A DNA stretch of 64,000 nucleotides from an uncultured Trueperaceae bacterium (GTDB taxonomy: Bacteria > Deinococcota > Deinococci > Deinococcales > Trueperaceae). The DNA lies in NCBI GenBank assembly GCA_963799485.1, contig CAWCXJ010000006.1, positions 352,001-416,000 on the forward strand, written 5' to 3'. Below, piece after piece: positions 9,814-21,986 of the stretch (within the stretch, counting starts at the first letter, position 1; each line of letters starts with the position of its first letter). The notes under the pieces were generated by a model. It made no database searches. It worked only from the letters and a program-made list of their open reading frames with translations, and had not been told where the DNA came from. Position numbers and translations under genes: made by a program.

Positions 9814-10980
9814 CTAACGCATCCCTAAAAGCAGTTCGGTAGTCAACTGGTCGAGTTTCTCGAGTCCCGGCCCGCGTGTCCGCAGCGCTTCAACGTCAAA
9901 GGTGCGGCTTTTAAGCGATTCGGCGTTTTCAGTGCTGAAGGTCTTGCTGAGCGCCTCGAGCCCCTCATCTTTGACCTTGTATTCAGCGATAAGCCCCTGA
10001 ATCTCGCTGTCTTCGCCGAACTGCTGCACTTTTTCCTTGAGCATCAGGTAGGTCTTGATGCAGCCTTCGGCAAACGCCCACACCCCGGCCTCGTCTTCGG
10101 TGCGGAGCGCGTGCGCGTCGAAGTGCCGAACGCCGTCGTAACCCGACTCTTCCAAGAGTTTTACGGTAAAAAATGCGCCCTTGAGGTTTTCCGCGCCGAA
10201 ACGCAAATCCTGGTCGAAACGGCCCGGTTTCTGGTCGTTCAGGTCGATGTGAAAAAGCTTGCCCGCGTCGAGAGCTTGCGCGACCGCATGCGGAAACGAC
10301 AGCCCCGCCATCGTCTCGTGCGCGAACTCGGGGTTGACGCCGAAGTGTTCAGGTTTGTCGAGGGTCGTAATAAAGCCCAACGCCGAGCCGACGGTCGGCA
10401 GGTAGATGTCACCTCTGGGTTCGTTGGGTTTGGGCTCGAGGGCGAACTTGTAGCCGTACCCCTGCGAGACAGAATATTCGCCTAAAAAGTTGAGCGCTTC
10501 GCGGAAATGCTCCAGAGCGTCCACCGTGTTGCAGCCGGCATCGACTTCCGCGCCCTCACGTCCGCCCCAAAAAACGTAGGTCGGTGCGCCGAGTTCAGCA
10601 CCCAAATCCATCGATTTCATCGTTTTTTGCAGTGCAAAGGCGCGTACCCGTGCATCGGCGGAGGTAAACGCGCCGTCTTTGAACACCGGGTCGGTGAAGA
10701 GGTTAGTGGTCGCCATCGTAACCCGGAGGCCGTGGTCGCTGAGCGCCTCTTTGAATTCGGCGACGATGCGGTCGCGCTCTTGCAGCGAGGCGCCGAACGG
10801 AACCAAGTCGTTGTCGTGTAGAGACACGCCGTAAGCGCCTAGTGCGGCGAGCTTTTGCACGCTGTAGGTGGGCTTTAAGGGCTTCCGGGTCGGTTCGCCG
10901 AAAGGGTCACGGCCGGGGTTGCCGACGGTCCAGAGGCCGAAGGTAAACTTGTCCGAGACTTGCGGGGTTAAGGTCATCAA
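9814..10980 (-). CDS. xylA: Xylose isomerase, class I
   Basis: [54 protein letters not shown]; start may be ATG 10977. Confidence 0.97.
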   Translation of the reverse strand: MMTLTPQVSDKFTFGLWTVGNPGRDPFGEPTRKPLKPTYSVQKLAALGAYGVSLHDNDLVPFGASLQERDRIVAEFKEALSDHGLRVTMATTNLFTDPVFKDGAFTSADARVRAFALQKTMKSMDLGAELGAPTYVFWGGREGAEVDAGCNTVDALEHFREALNFLGEYSVSQGYGYKFALEPKPNEPRGDIYLPTVGSALGFITTLDKPEHFGVNPEFAHETMAGLSFPHAVAQALDAGKLFHIDLNDQKPGRFDQDLRFGAENLKGAFFTVKLLEESGYDGVRHFDAHALRTEDEAGVWAFAEGCIKTYLMLKEKVQQFGEDSEIQGLIAEYKVKDEGLEALSKTFSTENAESLKSRTFDVEALRTRGPGLEKLDQLTTELLLGMR

Positions 10981-11040
10981 AAACTCCTAAATAGTTTTCC
11001 AAACAACTCTCATCAGCCTAAACCACCGCGCCGTTAAAAC

Positions 11041-11811
11041 TCAAGCAGCTTTGTCTTGCCCCAAAATAATCATGCTGAGCACCTCGTCTTGCGTAACGTC
11101 TTCTGTCCGGTGGGTGCCGACGAGCCGCCCGTTATGCATCACGCTCACCCGGTCGGTCAGGCTAAAGACGTCGTGGATGTCGTGACTGATCAGAAAAATC
11201 CCGATTCCTTCGCGTTTAAGCTGCGCGATCAGCTCGCCAACTTTTTGCGTCTCCTGCGGGCCCAAAGCGGCGGTCGGTTCGTCCATGATCAGGACTTTGG
11301 CGTTGAAGTAAACGGCTCTGCCGATGGCAATCGCCTGCCGCTGACCGCCGGAAAAGTTCCTGACCGGGTCGCGGAGTGAACCGATTTTGAGGTCGAGGCG
11401 GTCTAGAATCTTGCGGGTTTCGCCCTCCATCTTGTCGTCGTCTACCGCGCCGAAAGGCCCGGTCAGCTCACGCCCCAAAAAGATATTCGCCGAAGCGGTG
11501 AGGTTGTCGGCCAGGGCGAGGGCCTGATAGATGGTTTCGACGCCGTACTTTTTGGCGTCTTTGGGCGTGCGAATGGTGGCGGGTTGCCCTGAGACCAAGA
11601 TGTCGCCCTTGTCGGCGGTGTAAGCGCCCGAGAGGATTTTGATCAGGGTGCTTTTGCCCGCGCCGTTGTGACCTAAAAGGCCCAGGACTTCACCGGGGTA
11701 GAGGTCGATAGAAACGTCTTCTACCGCGTGAACGCCGCCGAACGACTTGTAGATGTGGCGCATTTCGACCAAGGGTGTACCAACTGTGGGGGTAGTTGTG
11801 TCGGCACTCAT
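11041..11811 (-). CDS. xylG: Xylose ABC transporter ATP-binding protein (single NBD)
   Basis: [26 protein letters not shown]; operon context. Confidence 0.85.
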   Translation of the reverse strand: MSADTTTPTVGTPLVEMRHIYKSFGGVHAVEDVSIDLYPGEVLGLLGHNGAGKSTLIKILSGAYTADKGDILVSGQPATIRTPKDAKKYGVETIYQALALADNLTASANIFLGRELTGPFGAVDDDKMEGETRKILDRLDLKIGSLRDPVRNFSGGQRQAIAIGRAVYFNAKVLIMDEPTAALGPQETQKVGELIAQLKREGIGIFLISHDIHDVFSLTDRVSVMHNGRLVGTHRTEDVTQDEVLSMIILGQDKAA

Positions 11812-11812
11812 C

Positions 11813-13078
11813 TTAATCCGTTTCCAGACCGCTGCGGCGACGGTACAAGACGTCGAACCAGACCGCGACGATCAGCACGCCGCCGATGACGACCTGTTGC
11901 AGGGGGCTCGAGAGTCCTACCAAGACCATTCCGCTCTGCAAACTCTGCATCAAAAGCGCCCCCAGCATCGCCCCGGCGATGCTGCCGTAACCGCCCGCGA
12001 GCGAGGTACCGCCGATGACTACTGCGGCAATGACGTAAAGTTCGGTCAGGGTACCGGTCGAGTTCGCGCCGGCGTTGAGGCGGGCCGTCGCTACGGCCCC
12101 GGCGACGGCGCTGAGCATCCCGATAACAATAAAAATCCAGAGCCGCACCCGTTTGGTATCGACGCCTGCTAAGGCCGTCGCTTCGGGGTTGCCGCCTAAC
12201 GCGTAGACGTAACGCCCGAAGCGGGTCTGACCGGCAACGTAGTTCATCAGCAGCGCAATGGTAATCGTAATCAGCGCCGGTACCGGAATCCCGCGCGGAA
12301 CGTCGCTGCGCGGCTGCGTATAGGCGTTCATCAGCAGCACAAACCCGGCGATCAGGCCGACGCTGACTAAAAGCGTGACCCCTTCGGCCCAGAGCGGTTT
12401 GACGGGGAACTCGAGCCTTTGCCGCTTGGCCCGTCCGCGTACCGTACTGACCAGCAGCGCCAGAATCGCCGCGCCCCCGACAATCCAGCTCCAGGTGCCG
12501 CCGATCGACCCGCTGCCGAGCGTCAGAAAGGGTGCGTCAAGCGGCGCGACGGTGCGGCCTTGTGTCACGAGCCACGCGCCGCCGCGCCAGATAAGGAGCC
12601 CGGCCAGGGTGACGATAAACGACGGCACGCCTTGATACGCAATCCAGTACCCTTGAAATGCGCCGACCAGACCGCCGATGATGATCCCGAGCACGACGCC
12701 GACAAGCCAGCCGAACGGGACGTTCGGGGCCAACCACTCGACCTGCGCCGCCGCCATGATCATGCCTAAAAAGCCCAAGAGCGACCCGACCGAGAGGTCG
12801 ATCTGCCGGGTGACGATAACCAGCACCATCCCGGTCGCCACGATGCCGACCACGCTCGCCTGCACGACCAGGTTCCAGAGGTTGCGCGGGGTCAGAAAGG
12901 TGCCGTCGGTAAAGATATTGAAAATAAGCCAGATTGCGAGCAGCGCCCCGACCATACCGAGGAGCCGGGGGTCGAGCTCGAGCGCCTCCAGCACCCCACC
13001 AAAACCGCCCTTGGTTTTCTCGTCTTGTGTCTGATCTCGCGTCTTGTTTTGAGTCGCCATAGCGCCTTCTTGGTTCAT
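11813..13078 (-). CDS. xylH: Xylose ABC transporter permease
   Basis: [39 protein letters not shown]. Confidence 0.88.
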   Translation of the reverse strand: MNQEGAMATQNKTRDQTQDEKTKGGFGGVLEALELDPRLLGMVGALLAIWLIFNIFTDGTFLTPRNLWNLVVQASVVGIVATGMVLVIVTRQIDLSVGSLLGFLGMIMAAAQVEWLAPNVPFGWLVGVVLGIIIGGLVGAFQGYWIAYQGVPSFIVTLAGLLIWRGGAWLVTQGRTVAPLDAPFLTLGSGSIGGTWSWIVGGAAILALLVSTVRGRAKRQRLEFPVKPLWAEGVTLLVSVGLIAGFVLLMNAYTQPRSDVPRGIPVPALITITIALLMNYVAGQTRFGRYVYALGGNPEATALAGVDTKRVRLWIFIVIGMLSAVAGAVATARLNAGANSTGTLTELYVIAAVVIGGTSLAGGYGSIAGAMLGALLMQSLQSGMVLVGLSSPLQQVVIGGVLIVAVWFDVLYRRRSGLETD

Positions 13079-13092
13079 AAGATTTGGTACCT

Positions 13093-13149
13093 AAAATAAA
13101 CAGGGGAGAGCCGTCCGCACCGGTTTACCTCATTGGTAAAGACGGCTCT
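13093..13149 (-). terminator. Intercistronic stem-loop after xylF (mRNA stabiliser or partial terminator)
   Basis: AGAGCCGTC/GACGGCTCT outer stem plus TTTACC/GGTAAA inner stem; U-rich tract follows on minus strand. Confidence 0.6.
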
Positions 13150-13160
13150 AATGGTCTAGC

Positions 13161-14177
13161 TTACTGACACGCGCTCGGCGCGTCGGCTCCGACTCCTTTA
13201 CAGACCTCTGCTTTGGTAATCCAGCCTGCGTCGATTACTACATTCAGGTTATCGCGGGTAATCGGCACGGGTTTGAGCAAGATGGCGTTCATTTCGGTTC
13301 CGTTCGGGCCGTCGCTAAAGGTCGTCGCCCCTTCGACGTCGGTGAGGGCCGCGCCACCTGCTAAATTCATAGCAATTTCGGCAGCTTTCGCGCCCAGGGT
13401 GCGCGAATCTTTCCAGACACTCACCGTCTGCGTACCGAGCGCGATACGGTTGAGGGCGGCAAAATCGGCGTCCTGACCTGAAACCGGCAAGCCCTCCAAC
13501 CCCTGCGCCGTCAGCGCCGCGACCACGCCCCCGGCGGTACCGTCGTTCGAGGCGACTACGGCGTCGACGTTGTTGTTGTTCGCCGTTAAAATCTGCTCCA
13601 TGTTGCGCTGCGCGTTTTCCGGCAGCCAGCCGTCGGTGTACTGGTCGCCGACAATCGTGATGTCGCCGCTGTCGATGGCGCTTTGCAACACCTCGAGCTG
13701 CCCCTGATTCAAAAAGTCGGCGTTGGGGTCGGTCGGGCTTCCCTTGATAAAGACGTAGTTGCCGGTCGGTTGCACGTCATAGACGGCTTGGGCTTGCAAG
13801 CGTCCGACCTCGACGTTATCGAAGGTCAGGTAAAAGACACCCGGGTCTTCGATCAGCCGGTCGTAGGCGACAACCGGGATGCCCTCTTGGGCGGCCCGCG
13901 TTACGGCGGGAATGATCGCCTCGTTGTCTTGCGCCAGGATAATCAGCGCGTCTACGCCGCGCGTAATCAGCGCGTCGATGTCCGAAAGCTGTTTTTCCGG
14001 GGAGCTTTGCGCGTCGGCGCTCAGGTATTCGCCGCCGAGTTCATTTAGTTTAGCCTTGATCGCCGCTTCGTCGGTTTTCCACCGCTCCTCTTGAAAGTTC
14101 GACCAGCTGACGCCGATGGTTTGCGCCGACGCCGCCGCGCACAGTGCCAAAAGTCCAACTGCTAAAGCTCGCTTCAT
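13161..14177 (-). CDS. xylF: D-xylose ABC transporter substrate-binding protein
   Basis: [44 protein letters not shown]. Confidence 0.92.
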   Translation of the reverse strand: MKRALAVGLLALCAAASAQTIGVSWSNFQEERWKTDEAAIKAKLNELGGEYLSADAQSSPEKQLSDIDALITRGVDALIILAQDNEAIIPAVTRAAQEGIPVVAYDRLIEDPGVFYLTFDNVEVGRLQAQAVYDVQPTGNYVFIKGSPTDPNADFLNQGQLEVLQSAIDSGDITIVGDQYTDGWLPENAQRNMEQILTANNNNVDAVVASNDGTAGGVVAALTAQGLEGLPVSGQDADFAALNRIALGTQTVSVWKDSRTLGAKAAEIAMNLAGGAALTDVEGATTFSDGPNGTEMNAILLKPVPITRDNLNVVIDAGWITKAEVCKGVGADAPSACQ

Positions 14178-14345
14178 TCGGTACCCTTTCTATACTGACA
14201 TACAGCAAACACCCATATGGGCGTTGTTGCTTCTTGAATCCCCCGCGCTACACGTCTGGCTAGGTCTCGTCAACTGTGCGGTGCTTTATTCGGTTGCGTC
14301 TTTAGCCAAACGTACTCTATCGGGCCGGTAAGGGCGTGTCAAGCT

Positions 14346-15500
14346 TTAACCGGGCTGCCGGCGCACGTCCGTCCACTTCCGCGTGCTCTGCGAACTCTCG
14401 ACGGTTTTCTCGATAAAGTGCACGCCCCGCGCCCCGTCGTACACGGTGGGAAAGTCGAGTGCATCTGCTGGAATAGACGCCCCTTCTTTACGGGCGCGCA
14501 TCGCCGCCGCCGCGCCCCGGTAGATGTTGGCAAAAGCTTCCAAAAACGCTTCAGGATGTCCGGCAGGAATGCGCGAGGCGTTTTTAGCTGCGTCACTAAG
14601 GTACGGGTTGTTGGGCCGCCGGAGCTGCACCGGTTCGCCGCTCGGTTTGACAAACAGGTTCATCGGCTCCTCCTGGTACCACTCGAGCCCCCCTGTTTCG
14701 CCGTAAACCTTGAGCCGCAGCCCGTTCTCTTCCCCGGCTGAAATCTGCGAGGCGATGAGCACGCCCTTCGCGCCACCTTCAAAGCGTAAAAGGACGTTGC
14801 CGTCGTCGTCGAGCTTGCGGCCCGGCACGAAGCTCGTGAGGTCGGCGCAGATGGCGTCAAGCTCCAAGCCGGTCACGTAACTCACGAGCTGCTCGGCGTG
14901 CGAGCCGATGTCGCCGATGGCTCCCGCGACGCCGCTTTTTGCCGGGTCGGTGCGCCAGTCGGCCTGTTTGTTCGACACCTCGTCGGCGAGCCAGCCCTGG
15001 TTGTATTCGACGATGATTTTACGGATTTTCCCGATTTGCCCTGAGCTGACTAAATGCTTGGCTTCCTTGACCATCGGATAACCCGAGTAGTTATAGGTCA
15101 CGGCGAACACGACGCCGGTTTTCTCGACCGTTTTGATGAGTTCATCCGCCTGTTCGCTCGTATGCACCAGCGGTTTGTCCGACACGACGTTAAACCCAGC
15201 CCCGGCAAACGCGTGCGCCACCGGAAAGTGCATGTGGTTGGGCGTCACCACCGACACGAAATCGATGCGTTCGTCTTCGGGCAAGGCTTGCTCACCGGAA
15301 AGCATCTCTTCCCACGAGCCGTAAGCGCGGTTTTCGGCAAGCCCCAGTTCAATTCCCGAAGCTTTGGCCTTTTCCGGGGTAGACGAGAGCGCCCCCGCTA
15401 CGAACTCGATCTGACCGTCTAACGCCGCCGCCATCCGGTGAACCGCGCCGATAAAGGCGTCTTTGCCGCCGCCGACCATGCCCATTTTGAGTTTTTTCAT
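14346..15500 (-). CDS. Gfo/Idh/MocA family oxidoreductase
   Basis: [40 protein letters not shown]. Confidence 0.9.
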   Translation of the reverse strand: MKKLKMGMVGGGKDAFIGAVHRMAAALDGQIEFVAGALSSTPEKAKASGIELGLAENRAYGSWEEMLSGEQALPEDERIDFVSVVTPNHMHFPVAHAFAGAGFNVVSDKPLVHTSEQADELIKTVEKTGVVFAVTYNYSGYPMVKEAKHLVSSGQIGKIRKIIVEYNQGWLADEVSNKQADWRTDPAKSGVAGAIGDIGSHAEQLVSYVTGLELDAICADLTSFVPGRKLDDDGNVLLRFEGGAKGVLIASQISAGEENGLRLKVYGETGGLEWYQEEPMNLFVKPSGEPVQLRRPNNPYLSDAAKNASRIPAGHPEAFLEAFANIYRGAAAAMRARKEGASIPADALDFPTVYDGARGVHFIEKTVESSQSTRKWTDVRRQPG

Positions 15501-15511
15501 GTACCCTCACT

Positions 15512-16060
15512 TTATAAGATTGTCTTGTCGTACAGCTCACCGAAGCACAGGTTTGTGCCGACGCACGGCACCGGGATGCTGTTGTCAACCGTAAAAGAGC
15601 GCTCTTCCCACCCCTGCGGTTGTCGGTAGTAACCTGTGACCTCACGTTTACGGGAATCGATCAGCAAGTAAAGTTGCAACCGCTCGAGCGCCAGATACGA
15701 GAAGCGTTTCTCGAGCCTGTCCTTACGCGCCGTAGACGGGCTGACGACCTCGGCGATGACGCACGGTGACGTTTCGTAAAAATTATCTGCCGGAGGCTCG
15801 CAGACGACCATCGTATCCGGGTAATAAAAAACCCGCTCTTCGACCCGGAGTTTCATATCGCTGCCGTAAACGCGGCAGTCGCTCTCAGTTGCCGCATTGC
15901 CCAGAAGCCGCACGACGTTGGCACAGATGACGTTGTGCGTAACGCTGCCCCCGGCTAGCGCAAAGACCTCGCCGTAAACGTATTCGTGACGGACTTCGGC
16001 CTCTTGTTCGGCCTCGAGGTATTCGTCTACCGTAATTTCGGTGATGAGACGCGCTTGCAT
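15512..16060 (-). CDS. Uma2 family (DUF820) PD-(D/E)XK endonuclease-like protein
   Basis: EYLEAE...RHEYVYG...AGGS..H, YYPDTMV, VIAEVVSPST..D..EK. Confidence 0.9.
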   Translation of the reverse strand: MQARLITEITVDEYLEAEQEAEVRHEYVYGEVFALAGGSVTHNVICANVVRLLGNAATESDCRVYGSDMKLRVEERVFYYPDTMVVCEPPADNFYETSPCVIAEVVSPSTARKDRLEKRFSYLALERLQLYLLIDSRKREVTGYYRQPQGWEERSFTVDNSIPVPCVGTNLCFGELYDKTIL

Positions 16061-16069
16061 AGCTTGAGT

Positions 16070-17071
16070 TTACTCGCGCCCAAACGCCGCGTCGAACGCG
16101 CCACCCGCCGGGGCAAAGTCGAGCCGTTTGGTAAACGCCGCCGACTCGGTGCCGCCGTGCACCCTGTCCATACGGGAGTCTTCCCACTCGATGCTTAAAG
16201 GCCCGTCGTAGCCGACGTCGTTCAAGGCCACGATGATGGTCTCGAAGTTGATGTCGCCGCGCCCGACACTTCTAAAGTCCCAGTAGCGGCGCGGGTCGCC
16301 GAAATCGGTGTGACCGCCGAACACGCCCGCCTCGCCGGTGCCGTGCCCCCACCAGGCATCTTTCATATGGACGTGAAAGATGTGTTCGCCGAACTCGTAG
16401 ATAAACTTCACGTAGTCCACACCCTGATACCCCAAATGCGACGGGTCGTAGTTAAAACCGAGTCGTTTGTGATGGTTGACGGCCTCTAACGCCCGTTTTG
16501 CCGAGGCGACGTCGAAGGCGATTTCGGTCGGATGAACCTCGAGCCCGAAGTTAATCCCCTGTTCGTCGAATACGTCCAGAATTGGCGTCCAGCGAGTTGC
16601 AAAATCTTCAAAGCCCTTGTCCCAGTAGGCTTGCGTGGTCGGGGGAAAGGCGTACAAGCTGCCCCAAATTGACGAGCCCGTAAAACCGTTGACAACGCCC
16701 ACACCGAGTTTTGCCGCAGCTCTCGCGGTATCTTTAATCTCTTCAGCGGCGCGCTGCCTTACGCCTTCAGGGTCGCCGTCGCCCCAGACGTGTTCCGGCA
16801 CAATCGCCTTGTGCCGTTCGTCGACCGGGTCGCAGACGGCTTGCCCGACGAGGTGGTTGGCGACGGCGTAGCATTTGAGGTCGTGTTCGGCTAACAGGTC
16901 GTGACGGCCCTGCGCGTAGTCGGGTTCTGAAAGGGCGCGCTGCACATCGAAGTGGTCGCCCCAGCAGGCTAGCTCGAGGCCGTCGTAGCCCATCTCTTTG
17001 GCTAGGGGTGCAAGTTCGGCTAAGGGTAAGTCGGCCCACTGGCCGGTAAACAAGGTGACGGGTCGCGGCAT
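16070..17071 (-). CDS. Sugar phosphate isomerase/epimerase-like TIM barrel (AP_endonuc_2; possible ketoglycoside hydratase/lyase)
   Basis: [45 protein letters not shown]. Confidence 0.85.
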   Translation of the reverse strand: MPRPVTLFTGQWADLPLAELAPLAKEMGYDGLELACWGDHFDVQRALSEPDYAQGRHDLLAEHDLKCYAVANHLVGQAVCDPVDERHKAIVPEHVWGDGDPEGVRQRAAEEIKDTARAAAKLGVGVVNGFTGSSIWGSLYAFPPTTQAYWDKGFEDFATRWTPILDVFDEQGINFGLEVHPTEIAFDVASAKRALEAVNHHKRLGFNYDPSHLGYQGVDYVKFIYEFGEHIFHVHMKDAWWGHGTGEAGVFGGHTDFGDPRRYWDFRSVGRGDINFETIIVALNDVGYDGPLSIEWEDSRMDRVHGGTESAAFTKRLDFAPAGGAFDAAFGRE

Positions 17072-17108
17072 AAATCTCCAATCGTGACGCTAGCTTTAAC
17101 AGTTACCA

Positions 17109-17143
17109 AAATAACAGGAGCAGCCCGTAAGGCGAGCCGCTCC
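17109..17143 (-). terminator. Terminator-like hairpin after the sugar SBP gene
   Basis: Minus strand GGAGCGGCTCG-cctta-CGGGCTGCTCC-TGTTATTTT. Confidence 0.7.
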
Positions 17144-17157
17144 AGCGCAGTGTGAGC

Positions 17158-18099
17158 TTAAAAGGGAGAATCGGGGTAGTAAAACTGCTCGGCGTTTTCC
17201 GGGGTGACGAGCTCGGACTCGAGCAGATACTCGCCCACAATCGGCACACCCGAGGTGTACTGCAAAGCCGTGACTTCCATGGCGGTGGCAATCATCGAAG
17301 GCGGATAGGTCACATCGACCGGAATCAGCGTGTCGCCGTCCATCACGCGTTTGATGACCTCTTTTTTACCTGCGCCGCCGACGATGAAGAGGTCGCCCGC
17401 GCGCCCTGCTTGCTCAACTGCCGCGACGACGCCTTCAGCCATGTCGTCGTCCGAAGCCCAGATCGCGTCGATGTCCGGGAATCTCGTCAGCATATCTTGC
17501 GTTACCGTAAAGGCGTCATCGCGGTTCCAGTTGCCGTACTGAGAGTCCAAAACGTTGATCCCGGAACCCTCCAACGCCGCGTTAAAAGCTTCAAAGCGCT
17601 GATTGTCAATGACCGTGGGTAACCCCCGTAAAATCACGATGTTGTCGCCCTCGTTCAGGCGCTCGGTAAAGTATTCCCCGGCAACGCGCCCGAACGCCAC
17701 GTTGTCCCCCGCAACGTAAAGGTCTTGGATACTCGGGTCGGCGAGGCCACGGTCAACCACCGTCACGAACACACCCTGCTCTTTAACCTGGGCGACGGGT
17801 TGGGTGAGCGGGTCGGACTCGAACGGGAGCACCACGAGCGCGTCGATCTGGTTGATGGCGAGCAAATCTTGCAGGTCGTTGGCCTGTTCGCCGGGGTCTG
17901 AGGCCGACGAGACCACGAACTCGAGGTTCGGGTACGTTTCTTGCAGCTGCGCGGCGGCCTGTTCCGCCCAGAAGTTGACGCCGCCCGTCCAGCCGTGGGT
18001 CGCTGCCGGAATCGAGACGCCGATGGTGACGGTCTCGTCCTGAGCTTGAGCTGCGCCGAAGGCGAGAAGAGAGGCGAGGATAAGGAGAGCGCGTTTCAT
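17158..18099 (-). CDS. Sugar ABC transporter substrate-binding protein (RbsB-like)
   Basis: Signal peptide, [30 protein letters not shown]. Confidence 0.88.
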   Translation of the reverse strand: MKRALLILASLLAFGAAQAQDETVTIGVSIPAATHGWTGGVNFWAEQAAAQLQETYPNLEFVVSSASDPGEQANDLQDLLAINQIDALVVLPFESDPLTQPVAQVKEQGVFVTVVDRGLADPSIQDLYVAGDNVAFGRVAGEYFTERLNEGDNIVILRGLPTVIDNQRFEAFNAALEGSGINVLDSQYGNWNRDDAFTVTQDMLTRFPDIDAIWASDDDMAEGVVAAVEQAGRAGDLFIVGGAGKKEVIKRVMDGDTLIPVDVTYPPSMIATAMEVTALQYTSGVPIVGEYLLESELVTPENAEQFYYPDSPF

Positions 18100-18193
18100 G
18101 GGTATCCTTTCGTGTTGCTGAGAAGTGCTGTTGAGGGTGAAGGGGAGACGCCGTAAACGTGTAAACTACATCACCTTGCACCTCCTGTTAGAG

Positions 18194-19189
18194 TCATTCA
18201 TCTTGCCGCGTCCGTTGCAGCAGCACCGCCGCGATGATGATGACGCCCTGCACCGCGCCGTTTAGGTACTCGCTGATAAAGCCGGTGAGGTTTAGGACGT
18301 TGCCGATGGTCGAGAGCATCACAGCCCCGACGACCGTGCCCCAGATGTGCCCCGAACCGCCCTTGAGGGCCGTACCGCCGATGATCACGGCGGCGATGGC
18401 CTCGAGTTCCCACAACACCCCGGTACTTGCCGAGGCCGAACCGAGACGCGGCACGTAAATGATCGTCGCCAGCGAGACGCAGAGCCCCTGCAAGACGTAG
18501 GTCAGGGTTTGGATCCGGTCAACGCGAATCGCCGAGTAACGGGCGACGCGTTCACTCGAGCCGATCGCGTAAACGTAGCGCCCGAAACGCGTCCGGTGGA
18601 GGATCACGCTGCCAACAACAGCAACCGCTGCAAACACCCAGATTGGATACGGCACCCCCAAAAACGACCCCGAATAGACCGGCCCGTAAACGCTTCTGAC
18701 CTCGAAGTCGAGCGACAAGGTGCCGCCGTTGGCAAAGTAGGTGACAAGCGAACGGTAGATGCCGAGCGTCCCGAGCGTGACGATAAACGCCGCGATTTTG
18801 CCCCGTGTAATAATGATGCCGTTGATAAACCCCGCCGCAAGCCCCAGCAAGAGCGACGCCGCAACGCCGATTAAAACCGTCACGACGCCTGCCCCAAACG
18901 TATCGACGGCCCGGTTCATCACGATAATCATCACGCCCGCGATAAACGCCGCCATCGACCCGACCGACAGGTCTAAACCGCCGGAGATAATCACAAACGT
19001 CGCGCCGACCGCGATAATGCCGATAAACGCGCTTCTCGTCAGGACGTTAAAGAGGTTGATCGGCGACAAAAAGGCGTCGTTTAGGAGCGCGCCGACGACA
19101 AAGAGCACAATCAGTCCGAGCAGCGGCCCGAGCGTGCGAAGGTCGAAACGTGGCCCGCGCGCTGCGGGTATAACGGGTTCAGGCTGCAT
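18194..19189 (-). CDS. Sugar ABC transporter permease (RbsC-like)
   Basis: [39 protein letters not shown]; start re-assigned to ATG 19189. Confidence 0.88.
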   Translation of the reverse strand: MQPEPVIPAARGPRFDLRTLGPLLGLIVLFVVGALLNDAFLSPINLFNVLTRSAFIGIIAVGATFVIISGGLDLSVGSMAAFIAGVMIIVMNRAVDTFGAGVVTVLIGVAASLLLGLAAGFINGIIITRGKIAAFIVTLGTLGIYRSLVTYFANGGTLSLDFEVRSVYGPVYSGSFLGVPYPIWVFAAVAVVGSVILHRTRFGRYVYAIGSSERVARYSAIRVDRIQTLTYVLQGLCVSLATIIYVPRLGSASASTGVLWELEAIAAVIIGGTALKGGSGHIWGTVVGAVMLSTIGNVLNLTGFISEYLNGAVQGVIIIAAVLLQRTRQDE

Positions 19190-20687
19190 CGAGGGTTCCT
19201 TTTTGACCGGGGTCGGCACGTTTTAGGCCGGTGGCGTAACGGTTAATTTCCTGTTCGTTGACGTCGCCTTCCGTCAGGATGCCCATCTGCTCGCCCGAGC
19301 GCATGATTACCACGCGGTGGCAGAGCCCGACGATTTCAGGGAGTTCGGACGAGATGAGGATGACCGACTTACCCTGCTCCAGCAGTTCTTGAATAAAAAA
19401 GTAAATCTGCCGCTTCGTGCCGACGTCGATACCGCGCGTGGGTTCGTCCAGGATCAAAATCTCGGGTGAGACTTCCATCGTTTTTGCCAGCACCAGCTTT
19501 TGCTGATTGCCGCCCGAAAGGACGCCGACTTTAGCGTTCAAATTCGGCACGCGGATGCTGAAGTCTTTTACGGCCTGCCTCAGCGCCGCCACCTCACGTT
19601 TTCGGTGAATAAAGGGGTCGGCGTATTTTTTAAGCGCCAAAAGCGTCAGGTTGGGCCGTAAAACCATCTCTGTAATCAGTCCCTTGCCTTTACGGTCTTC
19701 GCTCACATAGGCGAGACCGGCTTTTACGGCGTCGCTCAGCGTATGAACCGTAAGCGGCTCACCATGCCGTAAAAGGGTTCCCGTTTTTGGTCGCAAGCCG
19801 AGGATGCCCTCGAGCACCTCCGTCCGCCCCGCCCCGACGAGTCCGGCAAAGCCCAGCACCTCGCCGCGCCGAAGCTCGAACGAGATATCTTCGGCCCAAC
19901 CCGGCACCGAGATGTTTTGCGCCGTAAAAACCACTTCGGTTCCCGGCACACGTTTGGGCGGGTACATGTCGGAGAGTTCACGCCCGACCATCAGGTTCGC
20001 CATCTCGTCTTGACTCAGTTCGGCGGTAGGTTGGGTCGTGATGAGCTTGCCGTCGCGGAGGATACTCACACAGTCGGCAATCGCGGAGATTTCCTCCAAC
20101 TTGTGCGAAATATAAACCACCGCCACACCCTGTTTTTTCAGGCGGCGGATGAGTCCAAATAAAACTTCGGTCTCGCGCCCGGTCAACACGTCGGTGGGTT
20201 CGTCCATCAGCAAGACGCGCACGTCGCGGGTCACGGCTTTGGCGATTTCGACCATCTGCTTTTGCGAGACGCTTAAAGAACCGACTTTACGGCGCGGGTC
20301 GACGTCGGTCTCGAGGCTTCTCAACACCGCAGCGGCCTCCTGCTGCATTTTACGGTGCTGCAAAAACGGCCCGCTGCGTTTTTCAATGCCCAAAAAGATA
20401 TTCGCCTCGGCGCTGAGGTCGTCGGCCAGGTTGATCTCCTGGTGGATGAGCACGACGCCCTGCGCTTCGGCGTCGCGGGAGCGCCGGAACGTCACGGGTT
20501 GACCGTCTAAAGTCAGCGTTCCGCCGGTCGGTTGCAGGTAGCCCGACAAAAGTTTCATCAAGGTGGATTTGCCCGCGCCGTTTTCACCTAGAATCGCGTG
20601 GACTTCGCCTTCTTTTAAGCTGAGCGAAATGTCGTCTAAGACCCGCACCGGGCCGAAGTTTTTAGAAAGGTGGCGGGCCGCCAACAT
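19179..20687 (-). CDS. Sugar ABC transporter ATP-binding protein (tandem NBD, RbsA-like)
   Basis: [33 protein letters not shown]. Confidence 0.9.
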   Translation of the reverse strand: MLAARHLSKNFGPVRVLDDISLSLKEGEVHAILGENGAGKSTLMKLLSGYLQPTGGTLTLDGQPVTFRRSRDAEAQGVVLIHQEINLADDLSAEANIFLGIEKRSGPFLQHRKMQQEAAAVLRSLETDVDPRRKVGSLSVSQKQMVEIAKAVTRDVRVLLMDEPTDVLTGRETEVLFGLIRRLKKQGVAVVYISHKLEEISAIADCVSILRDGKLITTQPTAELSQDEMANLMVGRELSDMYPPKRVPGTEVVFTAQNISVPGWAEDISFELRRGEVLGFAGLVGAGRTEVLEGILGLRPKTGTLLRHGEPLTVHTLSDAVKAGLAYVSEDRKGKGLITEMVLRPNLTLLALKKYADPFIHRKREVAALRQAVKDFSIRVPNLNAKVGVLSGGNQQKLVLAKTMEVSPEILILDEPTRGIDVGTKRQIYFFIQELLEQGKSVILISSELPEIVGLCHRVVIMRSGEQMGILTEGDVNEQEINRYATGLKRADPGQKGTLDAA

Positions 20688-20903
20688 CAGTTTTTACGGG
20701 AACCGGTCGAAGCTGAAATCGCTTGCACCTCATCGTCTTTTGGGGCCACAACATCCCTTCTCGCAAATCGCTCTTGCTCACTTCTCTCTACACAGTTACG
20801 ACACCCTGACCGAATTCCGGGACGTTCGTAGTATCAGGTCTTTTGCTGACTATATGCGGGGGGTCGGAAGCTGTCAAGCTCGGTGTTCAACCGGTAACGG
20901 CGT

Positions 20904-20932
20904 AAAAAAGCCGCCCTGCGCGGACGGCTCTC
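20904..20932 (-). terminator. Intrinsic terminator after the thuA-Gfo pair
   Basis: Minus strand AGCCGTCC-gcgca-GGGCGGCT-TTTTT. Confidence 0.75.
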
Positions 20933-20954
20933 TTGTCGATCTGGTTTGCAAAGA

Positions 20955-21986
20955 CTAGCGCCCGAGCAGCGTCTCCGGAACCGCTTCGCTGGTCAGGGCT
21001 ACCGGCACGTTTCGTTTGGCGCTTTCGTAGCACGCCAGCACCAGGCGGACGGCCTCGAGGCCGTCCTCGCCGGTACAAACGACGTCTCTTTCACCCCGAA
21101 TCGCCGCCATAAAGTCGATTTCGCAGACCGTATGGGCGTCTAAGCCGCCGAAGGTCGTGTGCGAGATGTCGGGTTCGCCGAAACTCGTGCCCGGCGTGCT
21201 GCGAAAGCGGTGCGTCAGAATGCCCGTGCGGTTCGAGTACTCTACCGCGCCTTCCGTGCCGTAAACCCAGAACGCCTGTTCCCAACCGGTCGCAGTCCAG
21301 GCATTCTCAACGCTGCCGAGTGCGCCCGAGGCAAAGCTCAGGGTTGCCACCGACGTATCTTCGACCTCGATGTCAAACCCGAGGGTGGCGATATTCGCGT
21401 AAACCTGCTCGACGTCGCCGCCGAAGTAGCGGGCCAAATCCATCATGTGACAGCCGTTGTCGAGGAGCGTGCCACCGCCCGAATGCTCACGGCTGCCGAA
21501 CACACCGCGCACGGTTTTCGAGCCGCCCCAGTCGTGGGCCTGACGCAGACGCATAAAGGTGACGCGTCCGAGTGCGCCTGAAGCTATCAGCTCTTTCGTG
21601 CGGATGGCGGCGCTGTCGCTCCGCAGGTGATGACCTATCTGCAAAATGACACCTGCTTCATGGCAAACGCGGATCATCTCTTCGCCCTGCTCCAAAGACA
21701 GCGACACGGGTTTTTCGCACAACACGTGTTTTCCGGCCCTGGCTGCCGCCAGCGTCACCGGGTAGTGCAGCGCGTTGGGTAAACAGACCGAAACCGCCTC
21801 GATGCTCGGGTCGGCTAGGAGTTCTTCATAAGTGCCGTAGCCTTTGGGTATGTTCCACTCTTTTTGGCGTTTGGCGAGGGCTAAGGGGTTGGCGTCGGCA
21901 ATCGCAACGACCGTTGCGCCTCCGGCGGTGTAGCCATCAAAGTGAAACAGTGAGACGCCGCCCGCGCCGATAATCCCGACGTTCAT
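20955..21986 (-). CDS. Gfo/Idh/MocA family oxidoreductase (ThuB-like position)
   Basis: [33 protein letters not shown]; 4-nt overlap with thuA. Confidence 0.88.
   Translation of the reverse strand: MNVGIIGAGGVSLFHFDGYTAGGATVVAIADANPLALAKRQKEWNIPKGYGTYEELLADPSIEAVSVCLPNALHYPVTLAAARAGKHVLCEKPVSLSLEQGEEMIRVCHEAGVILQIGHHLRSDSAAIRTKELIASGALGRVTFMRLRQAHDWGGSKTVRGVFGSREHSGGGTLLDNGCHMMDLARYFGGDVEQVYANIATLGFDIEVEDTSVATLSFASGALGSVENAWTATGWEQAFWVYGTEGAVEYSNRTGILTHRFRSTPGTSFGEPDISHTTFGGLDAHTVCEIDFMAAIRGERDVVCTGEDGLEAVRLVLACYESAKRNVPVALTSEAVPETLLGR

Noticed and set aside
9814..14177. Xylose operon lacking xylulokinase and a regulator
   Set aside because: These are often encoded elsewhere; cannot be judged from one window
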